Below, piece by piece: positions 24,113-32,159 of a stretch of 33,128 bases of DNA. How positions within the stretch are numbered: the first letter of the stretch is position 1; each line of letters begins with the position of its first letter. The position numbers and the translations under genes are program-made. Below the pieces are notes generated by a model. The model saw nothing but the letters and a program-made list of their open reading frames with translations. It had not been told where the DNA came from and did not search any database. Origin of the DNA: an uncultured Dehalococcoidales bacterium (GTDB lineage Bacteria > Chloroflexota > Dehalococcoidia > Dehalococcoidales > BS750m-G39); NCBI GenBank assembly GCA_964597155.1, contig CAZQXA010000001.1, positions 1 to 33,128 on the forward strand, written 5' to 3'.

Positions 24113-25450
24113 ATGGAAAAGAAATGGCAGGAGTTAACCCCGGATGAAAAGCAGGAGGCACTTTTTGCCAAGTGCCTTTCCGCCGAGGGCATAGAGTTTG
24201 CCAGCCCCCAGGCCGAGAAGGCGTACAAAGAGAGAATAACCAGAATAAAAGATGCCATTCAACTGAAGAAACTGCCGGACAGGGTGCCGGTACTGCCCAT
24301 CATCAGTTTTTTCCCTGCTTATTATGCCGGGTTTACTCCTCAAGAGGTCATGTATGACTACGAAAAACTAGTCAAGGCATTCAAAAAATTCACCCTGGAC
24401 TTTGAGCCGGATCTGGATACCGGCGCCGGTACCGCTGGTGCCGGAAGAATCTTTGATATCCTTGACTATAAGTTATATGCCTGGCCCGGCCATGGGGTCT
24501 CGCCCAACCATTCCTATCAGTGCCTTGAAGGCGAATACATGACCGCCGATGAATATGATGCCTTGATTCAGGACCCCTCTTATTTCTTCACCACCACCTA
24601 CTTCCCGCGCGTCTTCGGCAAGCTGGAAGCCTTCAAGATGCTGCCCAATTTTTCCAGCGTCCAGGAGATTGTTTTCGTCGGCCTTAATGTGATACCCTTC
24701 GGCCTGCCCGATGTTCAGGCCGCCTACAAGACCCTCTTTGAAGCCGGGGCTGAAGCCCTGAAATGGGCGGAGGTCCTTGGTGCCTTCGGTAAGGAAATGG
24801 CATCACTGGGCTTTCCCAGCTTCTTCGGCGGCTTCAGCAAGGTGCCCTTCGACGTGCTTGGCGATACCTTAAGAGGCACCAGAGGGATAATGCTTGATAT
24901 GTACCGCCAGCCCGATAAGCTCCTCCAAGCCCTGGATGCCATCACGCCGATGATGATTAATATGGGGATAGCGGCGGTAAAGGCAAGCGGCAACCCCGGC
25001 GTGCTTATCCCGCTACACAAAGGGGCTGACGGCTTCCTCTCCGATGAGCAGTTCAAGACCTTCTACTGGCCCTACTTCAGAAGACTACTCATCGGTTTAA
25101 TTGATGAGGGCTGCGTGCCCTTTTCCTTCGTTGAGGGAGGCTATAACACGCGCCTGGAGATTATCCGGGACATACCCAAGGGTAAGACGGTGTGGGCTTT
25201 CGACCAGACCGATATGGCTAAGGCTAAGGAAATAATGGGCGGTGTTGCCTGCATCGCCGGCAATATGCCCTCCGATTTGTTAAACGTAGGCACCCCGCAG
25301 CAGGTGAAAGACTACGCCAAGAAACTCATTGATACCTGCGGTAAAGGCGGCGGTTATATTATGTCAAATGGGGTTGCCGCCGATGATGTCAAGCCGGAAA
25401 ACCTCAAGGCCATGATTGGCTTCACCAAGGAGTACGGCGTATACAAATAG
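24113..25450 (+). CDS. URO-D-family corrinoid-dependent methyltransferase, paralog B
   Basis: It is collinear with paralog A over its full length, roughly two-thirds identical by eye. The RBS/start context is the same (TGCAGGAGGTAAT-AAAAATGG). Confidence 0.7.
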   Translation: MEKKWQELTPDEKQEALFAKCLSAEGIEFASPQAEKAYKERITRIKDAIQLKKLPDRVPVLPIISFFPAYYAGFTPQEVMYDYEKLVKAFKKFTLDFEPDLDTGAGTAGAGRIFDILDYKLYAWPGHGVSPNHSYQCLEGEYMTADEYDALIQDPSYFFTTTYFPRVFGKLEAFKMLPNFSSVQEIVFVGLNVIPFGLPDVQAAYKTLFEAGAEALKWAEVLGAFGKEMASLGFPSFFGGFSKVPFDVLGDTLRGTRGIMLDMYRQPDKLLQALDAITPMMINMGIAAVKASGNPGVLIPLHKGADGFLSDEQFKTFYWPYFRRLLIGLIDEGCVPFSFVEGGYNTRLEIIRDIPKGKTVWAFDQTDMAKAKEIMGGVACIAGNMPSDLLNVGTPQQVKDYAKKLIDTCGKGGGYIMSNGVAADDVKPENLKAMIGFTKEYGVYK

Positions 25451-25457
25451 AAGTGGC

Positions 25458-26996
25458 TTACTGTTTTGGCGATGCCTTCTCCGGCTTCTTTTGATATATG
25501 GAGGTATGCACCCCGGAGATGTCGGCTCCCACATAGCTAAATCCTGTATTCTCGCCGACACCGTTGGGGTCAAAGGCTTCTTTTAGCCTGCCAAACCATA
25601 CATGGTAATTAGATACCCGTTTGCCGATGACATCAATAGGCAAGACACCCATTGCTGGCACGGCGAAGCAGCCATCTAAAGCCCTTTGCCCCACCTTCGT
25701 CAGCCACTCCTGTACGGCTTTGGACGACTGCTCGTCGTAGGGATTATATCGGCAGAATATCTCGGTGTGCCCCAGATGCCCCCCTTCCTCCCCCCAGCCG
25801 AATTGCTGCCCGTCGTCAGCTATGACCAGCCCCTTCTTTATCAGTTCTCTCTTGAGTACGGCTGCTTCCTCCAGCCACCTCACATGGTTATCGTATCTCT
25901 GGCCCTGCACCATCATCGAAGAGAACGCCCCACCAGCACGGAAGGTCTCTCTGATAGAGGCACTAACCCGTGTGCACTGGAACAACAGGGTTGATTCAAC
26001 AGCGGGGTCTTCGACCGTTTTCAAGGACTTGCCGCCAGTTTCCTTTATAATCTGCTCCAGTACCTTCTTCCGGTATTCAAAGTCTTCGGGGAAGTTGCCG
26101 GCGATGATGACCATGAAGCCGGGCCCCTGCACCTCCTTGGTGAACCGCTCCAGAGTCTCAAAGTCTTCTTCGTTACTGGTCGTTATATTGGAAGATACCA
26201 TCGAGGGACAAAAGCCCATGAGCTCGAAGGCTATTTCACTTTCACCAATCTTAAGCTCGGCTTCAACCAGTTTCTCGATTGAAGGGAAGCTGAAATAGCG
26301 CACCATCATGTTCATCTCTGATGGTTTCTGGCTAAGGGTGTACCGTGGTGATGCTCCTTCCAGGGGAAATACCGGTGGCCCCGGCCAGTGATATACCTTG
26401 GTCGCCTGCTTGGTAATGACACCCCCGCCCCGATATACGCCTCTTAAAGACGGACCCGGCCCGTCGCCGCAGAACCACTCATCCGAAGCCCCCAGCGTCC
26501 CCAGCCTGATTATCTCCCCTTCATCAGTTACCCATTCTGTGGCCAGGTCGTTTCGGTCTCCGGTGCTGGTGGTCATCCCCATATGGCCATGACCGGACAT
26601 GGCCAGGGCAGTGCAGGTGGAGCCTGCCCCCTTTACGTTACAAATCATGCCCCTCTTGAACAGCTCAGCCATCAGCTCTGCCGAAATTACGTAAGGCTCG
26701 ACCACGGCATACATGTTTTTCTCGTTGATTTCGATGATGCGGTTCATCCTTCGGAGGTCCAAAAATATGAAATCGTAGGCCGGAGGCATAAATGACCAGC
26801 CCGTACTCTGCGCTTTGTATGGTATCTTGTGTTTGTTACACAGCCTGACAGTCGCGGCAACCTCTTCCGTGTTCCCGGGAAGAACCACGGTTACATCCTG
26901 GGAACGATAGGCGTCTTTTATTGCCGGGTCATCGGAAATATTCTCCGCCCCGACCACATCTTCGAATTCCTTATATACCTCTCTGCTTATAGCCAT
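25458..26996 (-). CDS. Divergent FAD-binding PCMH/VAO-GlcD-superfamily subunit (third gene of the flavoprotein/Fe-S operon)
   Basis: The N-terminal pattern ...VVLPGNTEEVAATVRLCNKHKIPYKAQSTGWSF...FLDLRRMNRIIEINEKNMYAVVEPYV matches the FAD_binding_4 layout, but the usual GGG(T/H)S loop is replaced. RBS AAAGGGGG is present. Confidence 0.55.
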   Translation of the reverse strand: MAISREVYKEFEDVVGAENISDDPAIKDAYRSQDVTVVLPGNTEEVAATVRLCNKHKIPYKAQSTGWSFMPPAYDFIFLDLRRMNRIIEINEKNMYAVVEPYVISAELMAELFKRGMICNVKGAGSTCTALAMSGHGHMGMTTSTGDRNDLATEWVTDEGEIIRLGTLGASDEWFCGDGPGPSLRGVYRGGGVITKQATKVYHWPGPPVFPLEGASPRYTLSQKPSEMNMMVRYFSFPSIEKLVEAELKIGESEIAFELMGFCPSMVSSNITTSNEEDFETLERFTKEVQGPGFMVIIAGNFPEDFEYRKKVLEQIIKETGGKSLKTVEDPAVESTLLFQCTRVSASIRETFRAGGAFSSMMVQGQRYDNHVRWLEEAAVLKRELIKKGLVIADDGQQFGWGEEGGHLGHTEIFCRYNPYDEQSSKAVQEWLTKVGQRALDGCFAVPAMGVLPIDVIGKRVSNYHVWFGRLKEAFDPNGVGENTGFSYVGADISGVHTSIYQKKPEKASPKQ

Positions 26997-27014
26997 GATT
27001 TGCTACCCCCTTTC

Positions 27015-28283
27015 CTAGATTGCCTTCTCTACTATTTCAGCGATATCGTAAACCTTTAAGTTTCTACCGCTTGCCTTGATAACTTCATTGAAGTTCTTCT
27101 CGCACCAGGGGCAGGCGGTGACGATTGCCTCCGCCCCGGTAGACTCGGCTTCTTCGAGTCTCTCATTAGCCGTCCACCTGGCGAACTCGGGGTTCGATTC
27201 GTTGACGCCGCCGCCAGCGCCGCAGCACCAGGCGTATTCCTTAATCCTTTCCATTTCAAAAAGCTTTACCCCGGGAATACTCAATAGCACCTCCCGCGGC
27301 GGCGCGTAGACGCCATAAGTGCCCCGGCGGTATACCTTGGGAGGGTCAAAAACAAACTTGTAGCCCGGAATCTTTTTCCCTTGCCAGTGTAGCCAGGGCT
27401 CACCCAGTCTGCCCAGATAGCAAGGGTCATGATAGGTGACTGTCAGGTTCACTTCCTTGTTCAGCTTGAGTTTGCCTTCCTTAATCAGGCGGTCAATATA
27501 TTCGCTGATATGCAGCACCTCCAGGTCACCTTTAAGATTGTACTTGTCGTAGAGCACCTTGAAGGCTTGATAGCCATCGGCACAGCCTGTGACCAGCGTC
27601 TTGACGCCGGCTTCTTTTAGCATGTCCATGTTCTTTTTAGCCTGCCGAAGGAAATCATCCTTATAGCCCATCTGGTAAGCCCGGCCGCCGCAACAGGACT
27701 CGTTTTCGTAGCCGATACCAAAGTCAACCCCGGCTTTCTTTAATATCTTGGCCGTGGCCATAGCCAGCTTCTGGTAGTCCTCGTCAAAACTGGTCAGGCA
27801 GCCGACATGGTAATAGACCGCCACCTTTTCCTTGGTGGCATCTTTAATGCCCAGCCCCTCGGCCCAGGTGGCGCGCTTTCCCTTGGCCCCGGCCACCATG
27901 GTGCCCTGCTTGCGCAGGCTATTAATTACTTTATCCAGGGCGGGACTGGCATGTCCCTGCTCCACGCACCTGATTCTGAACTCATATATCGGCTCCAGCA
28001 CTTCCATGTCCATGGCATACTTGCAGGAGATATCACAGCCGCCGCACATCTGGCAGTTATAAACTATATCAAGGAGCTTATCGGTATATTTAAATCCGCT
28101 ACTCAACATTTCTTTGGCGATAAGCAGTCTGCCACTGCCAGAGTAGGCGTGGAAATTGTATCTGGCTATGCTGGGACAGGCGTATGAATGCTCAACCCCC
28201 TTTATCATTTGCAGGGGTATATGTTTGCAGGCCGAACAGCGGCAGCACATCTCAACATCACCGCGGTAATCTTCTATAGCCAT
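27015..28283 (-). CDS. Fe-S oxidoreductase subunit with 2x[4Fe-4S] ferredoxin motifs and two CCG domains (GlcF/HdrD/LutA-like)
   Basis: CxxCxxC...CP (CCRCSACKH...ACPS) and CQMCGGCDISC are present, plus two CCG motifs (ESCCGGRAY and AWCCGAGGG) with CPWC. RBS GAGAGGAG is present. Confidence 0.8.
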   Translation of the reverse strand: MAIEDYRGDVEMCCRCSACKHIPLQMIKGVEHSYACPSIARYNFHAYSGSGRLLIAKEMLSSGFKYTDKLLDIVYNCQMCGGCDISCKYAMDMEVLEPIYEFRIRCVEQGHASPALDKVINSLRKQGTMVAGAKGKRATWAEGLGIKDATKEKVAVYYHVGCLTSFDEDYQKLAMATAKILKKAGVDFGIGYENESCCGGRAYQMGYKDDFLRQAKKNMDMLKEAGVKTLVTGCADGYQAFKVLYDKYNLKGDLEVLHISEYIDRLIKEGKLKLNKEVNLTVTYHDPCYLGRLGEPWLHWQGKKIPGYKFVFDPPKVYRRGTYGVYAPPREVLLSIPGVKLFEMERIKEYAWCCGAGGGVNESNPEFARWTANERLEEAESTGAEAIVTACPWCEKNFNEVIKASGRNLKVYDIAEIVEKAI

Positions 28284-28322
28284 CTAAAGCTCCTCTCGTA
28301 AATTTATTCAGGCGACTCTTTT

Positions 28323-29789
28323 CTAAAAGCACAGTTTCCCCGGGTTCATAACATGGTTGGGGTCTAATATCGTCTTAACCCTGGTCAAAGCGGCAACGTA
28401 AGCGGCATCTCTATTAATAATCATCCGGGCACTTTTACCATAAGGCCTTGAGAAGAAGGCACCCGTGGCCATTAAGGCGTTGATGGCGCCAGCCGATAAC
28501 TCCTCAACTCGCTCCAGCTCACCCGCATCTTGGGGGTCATAAAAAAGGTTGAACTCGCAGTGGCAGTTGGCACCCTGCACTATCGGCTGGAGATAAACAC
28601 CCATGTCTAAAGCAGGATAGCCGGAGTTATTAGCCACATCCTGCATGACGCCGATTTGGCCTTGGAGCTTATCATAGGTGGTTATAAAGAATATATCGTG
28701 GCAGGCCCCTTTATAGCCAAGCTTCCAATAGGGCTCAGCGGAGGGCCTTTTTACCTTTTTCAACATCTCAATCGCTGAAACCCTACCGACGGCTTTAACC
28801 GCTTCCACCCCTATCCGCTTGGTTATATCGGTGATGCCCTTAACTTGAGAACTCACCCGCTCTTCAGGAAAATAATTATAGCCGGCTAGGTTAAAGAAAA
28901 GCACCCAGGGTGGCAGGGTGTCCTTAATATCCCGGTAATCAGAGGGGAATTTCTGGGCCATGATAGCCGCCAGGGTAGAGTTATTCAAGACAAAGCACTC
29001 GTTAACCAGCCTCAGCCTCACCAGCCAGTGAACCAGCTCAAACAACTTGTCCAGTTCCGAGGAGCCGACCAGGAAAGGCTCTTCAAGTTTGGGGAGTATT
29101 TCACAGCGCAGCGACGCCCAGGTGACAATGCCCATCGTCCCTTGTGCTCCCTGAATAAGCCGGTACCAGGCAGCCGGGCCCGGCCCATATGGCGTCTTTT
29201 GTGCGCCGCCGGCGGCCCACTGCTCCTCGATGGTACCCGGGCCAGCCGCTTGCCCGGTCCGGAACATGTCGCCGGTGCCAAAGACCACCTCTACACAGGC
29301 CAAGGGGTCTGATATATCCCAGTGATACTTGGGCATTATTGCCGGCTCCCTCTCCAGCATACTGCCGATAACAGTCTTTGACTCCCGTGGCAGCAAAGGC
29401 ATATTGAGCCTCAAGCCTTCTTTTTCTACCGCCGGTATTAGTTCGCCGAAGGTTACCCCCGGCTCAACCATGGCCACCCGGTGAGCCCGGTCAACGCGGA
29501 TAATCTTTTTCATGCCGCTTAAATCGACAACCACCGCCCCCTCGATGCCGGGAACGGTATCACCGCGAAAATGGGGGGAGCCCGAGCTTACCGGTACCAG
29601 CGGGGTGAGCTTATCATTAGCCCACTTAACCAGCTTCTGCACTTCAGCGGCATCCTTGGGCTTGACCACGCATCTGGGTCTGGTCGGCGTAACGAAACTA
29701 AAATCCCTGGAGTATTCTTCCAGGGTTTCTTCATCATCCAGGACATTCTTAGCGCCGAAGATTTCTTTCAAAGTTTCATTGCCAGCCAT
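28323..29789 (-). CDS. FAD-binding PCMH/VAO-GlcD-superfamily oxidoreductase subunit (first gene of the operon)
   Basis: The start is set at the ATG at 29789 with RBS AAAGGAGC; the track start at 29837 lacks one. The FAD_binding_4-like layout is CVVKPKDAAEVQKLVKWANDKLTPLVPVSSGSPHF...VVDLSGMKKIIRVDRAHRVAMVEPGVTFGEL. Confidence 0.65.
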   Translation of the reverse strand: MAGNETLKEIFGAKNVLDDEETLEEYSRDFSFVTPTRPRCVVKPKDAAEVQKLVKWANDKLTPLVPVSSGSPHFRGDTVPGIEGAVVVDLSGMKKIIRVDRAHRVAMVEPGVTFGELIPAVEKEGLRLNMPLLPRESKTVIGSMLEREPAIMPKYHWDISDPLACVEVVFGTGDMFRTGQAAGPGTIEEQWAAGGAQKTPYGPGPAAWYRLIQGAQGTMGIVTWASLRCEILPKLEEPFLVGSSELDKLFELVHWLVRLRLVNECFVLNNSTLAAIMAQKFPSDYRDIKDTLPPWVLFFNLAGYNYFPEERVSSQVKGITDITKRIGVEAVKAVGRVSAIEMLKKVKRPSAEPYWKLGYKGACHDIFFITTYDKLQGQIGVMQDVANNSGYPALDMGVYLQPIVQGANCHCEFNLFYDPQDAGELERVEELSAGAINALMATGAFFSRPYGKSARMIINRDAAYVAALTRVKTILDPNHVMNPGKLCF

Positions 29790-29845
29790 AATTTTTGCTC
29801 CTTTGACCTGATTACTTTTAAGCGGGTGGGGCGACAAACTGCCCT

Positions 29846-29854
29846 ATTATACCA
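29846..29854 (-). promoter_or_regulatory. Extended -10 promoter element of the flavoprotein/Fe-S operon
   Basis: The minus strand reads TGGTATAAT (TGn plus a perfect TATAAT). There is no good -35. It lies ~55 nt upstream of the ATG at 29789. Confidence 0.5.
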
Positions 29855-29890
29855 CAACATTTAAAAATTTAAGTAGACTACCGCCCCTTG

Positions 29891-29919
29891 TTGACAGACT
29901 CATAGCGATAACTTATTAT
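29891..29919 (+). promoter_or_regulatory. Sigma70-type promoter of cupin gene 1
   Basis: TTGACA (29891-29896), 17-nt spacer, TATTAT (29914-29919). RBS AAAGGAGGAA follows downstream. Confidence 0.65.
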
Positions 29920-29962
29920 GGTCAAGATTTATAGCAACCTTGGTAAAAGGAGGAAATAAAAA

Positions 29963-30451
29963 ATGGCGGAAACAAAATACGGGAAGTATATCATCAGAGA
30001 ACCCCTAGAAAAAGGAATGGCACCAGGGCTACACATATGCGCTGAAGAGGGTTGTGAGGGAGCCAAGTTTGCCAACTTTCCGGTTGAAGTCCAACTACTC
30101 TGCATCACCCAACCGCTCGAATTTCCCCATCCGCCCCACACCCACGATGTCGACGAACTCTTTTTCATCTTCGGCAGTAACCCCTTAAATTACTTCGAGT
30201 TCGACGCCGAAATCGAGATATCCTTGGGCGAAGAAAGAGAAAAACATATAATTAACAGCACATCCATTGTCTACATCCCTAAGGGATTGGTACATGCTCC
30301 GATTGCCATCAAGAAGGTGAATAAACCCATTCAGTGGATGCATATTCTCTTTACTCCTAAATACAAAATGGCAGTAGGTGACGTTTCGCTTCACCCTAAG
30401 CACCCTCGCCAGCACTATTCGCCAGAGGAAATAAAAAAGCTAAAGGGTTAG
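29963..30451 (+). CDS. Cupin-fold metalloprotein, paralog 1
   Basis: Cupin motif 1 is HTHDVDELFFIFG (HxHx3E) and motif 2 is PKGLVH (PxGxxH). The N-terminus MAETKYGKY is shared with the second cupin. Confidence 0.65.
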   Translation: MAETKYGKYIIREPLEKGMAPGLHICAEEGCEGAKFANFPVEVQLLCITQPLEFPHPPHTHDVDELFFIFGSNPLNYFEFDAEIEISLGEEREKHIINSTSIVYIPKGLVHAPIAIKKVNKPIQWMHILFTPKYKMAVGDVSLHPKHPRQHYSPEEIKKLKG

Positions 30452-30523
30452 CCGGTAAGGGTAATCACTACCAAGACAAGCAGTCTATCGATTATACATT
30501 TCGGGGACTTATAACTTGCGTCT

Positions 30524-31249
30524 CTATTTTTGATATTCCTGCCTTAAGCCGTCAACCACCTTCTGAAAATGCACCCGTTTCTGGTCCGCACCCAGGGTGT
30601 ATATTGGCAGAACCCACTCCATTTCCTGAAGATTTTCTACTATCATAGGCAGCAGGTCGTGGGGGATGGAGATAAGCATCAAGCCCTCGGGCAATACCCC
30701 CCTTGATTTCATGCCGGCACCCAGGCCGCTTATGGTATAGTTCAATTCGCCGCTGATGAAGGGATAAATGTATAGCCAGGCGCACATCACAACTGGCGTG
30801 CTCCGGGTGGTTATCATCTTGCCGGTGGAATAGCAAAGCGCCCGCAGCAAAATCTCCGCCTGGTTCACCGCAGCCGTAATAATCAATACATCCGGGTCAA
30901 AGGTTAGCTCGTCTAAGGGAGAGAAGGCAACATACCTGACGGTACCCTTGCCCAGCATGGGAAGGTAATGATAGATTCGGCGGTTAGCCCTTGCCTCCTT
31001 AAACACGCCGTCCTTGGCTCCCACCTGCCCGCTGGCGAAAACGGGGTCGAAATCGGCCATGCCCAGTAGCATCGGCTCTATGCAGGGAAAGTTTTCCTGT
31101 GATGCGTAAAAGGCGCTGCCTTTGTGGGCCTCGCCAAGCATCTCGCAAAAAGCCAGCTCCTTGATGCCATCCGGTTTATTGAGCAAGAACTTAACGCCTA
31201 CCGGCTTTCTTTCAAAATTGAACTTGTTAAAAATTGATAAGTTGCTCAT
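30524..31249 (-). CDS. DUF169-family protein, paralog 1
   Basis: The N-terminus FNFERKPVGVKF...FCEM...FY...C and the ~240-aa length are typical of DUF169 (COG2043). RBS AAGGAGGT is present. Confidence 0.65.
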   Translation of the reverse strand: MSNLSIFNKFNFERKPVGVKFLLNKPDGIKELAFCEMLGEAHKGSAFYASQENFPCIEPMLLGMADFDPVFASGQVGAKDGVFKEARANRRIYHYLPMLGKGTVRYVAFSPLDELTFDPDVLIITAAVNQAEILLRALCYSTGKMITTRSTPVVMCAWLYIYPFISGELNYTISGLGAGMKSRGVLPEGLMLISIPHDLLPMIVENLQEMEWVLPIYTLGADQKRVHFQKVVDGLRQEYQK

Positions 31250-31267
31250 ATCTACCTCCTTGCCATT

Positions 31268-32020
31268 CTATTCCCGGTAAGAATATGGTTGCTCTAACTC
31301 CTTTGCCATGTCTTCACTTCTTTTCTTGACCTCTTGGATAAATCCCTCTCTGCCTAAATTGAACCAGTAAGGCTCCCACTCCATATCCTTCAAATTCTCA
31401 AGCAAACCGGGGATTAGGTCGAAGGGTACAGTTATAATAATCAGACCTTCGGGCAGCACCTGTCTGGCTTTCATGCTGTAACCGAGACCGCTGACAGTGC
31501 AATTTAACTCGCCGTTGAGGTATGGATGAGCGTACATCCAGGCACAGGCTAAACACGTCGTTCCTTTAAAGGACCACATTTTCCCATCCGAATAGCTGCT
31601 GGCTCTCAGGATAATCTCCGCCTGAGTCGTGTTGGCTGTAATAATCAATAGGTCCGGGTCAGAGGTAAGCTGGTCTACAGAAGAGTGAGTGATGTATTTA
31701 ACAGAATCCTTCGGTAATATTGGAACGTAATCATAGATTCTGCGGTTGGCACCCGGAGTTTTAAACATGGCAAACATTGGACCCAATTGCCCGCTGTACA
31801 TCATTGGTGGAAAATCTAACATGCCAACTACATGTTCTCCACACTGTACGTTCTCTTTTGTGGCGTAGAAGGGTTTGCTGGTTTGCGCCTCTTTAAACAT
31901 CTCGCAAAGCCCTAAACTTTTATCTAGCTGCTCAATTCCTGCTGGTTTACTGAGTGAGTACTTGACGCCTACCGGCTTTCTTTCAAAATTGAATTTGTCA
32001 AATATGGAGTAGTCGCGCAT
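31268..32020 (-). CDS. DUF169-family protein, paralog 2
   Basis: It is collinear with paralog 1, about half identical by eye. RBS AAGGGGG is present and the gene has its own promoter. Confidence 0.65.
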   Translation of the reverse strand: MRDYSIFDKFNFERKPVGVKYSLSKPAGIEQLDKSLGLCEMFKEAQTSKPFYATKENVQCGEHVVGMLDFPPMMYSGQLGPMFAMFKTPGANRRIYDYVPILPKDSVKYITHSSVDQLTSDPDLLIITANTTQAEIILRASSYSDGKMWSFKGTTCLACAWMYAHPYLNGELNCTVSGLGYSMKARQVLPEGLIIITVPFDLIPGLLENLKDMEWEPYWFNLGREGFIQEVKKRSEDMAKELEQPYSYRE

Positions 32021-32050
32021 CTTAAACCCCCTTCTTTAGTTTCAAGAATG

Positions 32051-32079
32051 ATTGTAGCAATTTGCCTTGCCACATGCAA
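32051..32079 (-). promoter_or_regulatory. Sigma70-type promoter of the DUF169 pair
   Basis: On the minus strand: TTGCAT (32079-32074), 17-nt spacer, TACAAT (32056-32051). Confidence 0.6.
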
Positions 32080-32105
32080 CGAGATAACGTTAACACCGTA
32101 GTCTG

Positions 32106-32134
32106 TTGCAATGTATTGGTAAATGGCATAGAAT
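32106..32134 (+). promoter_or_regulatory. Sigma70-type promoter of cupin gene 2
   Basis: TTGCAA (32106-32111), 17-nt spacer, TAGAAT (32129-32134). It sits back-to-back with the DUF169 promoter, with 26 nt between the two -35 boxes. Confidence 0.6.
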
Positions 32135-32159
32135 TTGCTTTAAAAAAGGAGGAGAACCA

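Noticed and set aside
32106-32159. The track start (TTG at 32106), which gives an 18-aa N-terminal extension of cupin 2
   Set aside because: TTGCAA at 32106 is the -35 box of a TTGCAA-17-TAGAAT promoter. The ATG at 32160 has a consensus RBS and aligns with the MAETKYGKY start of cupin 1.
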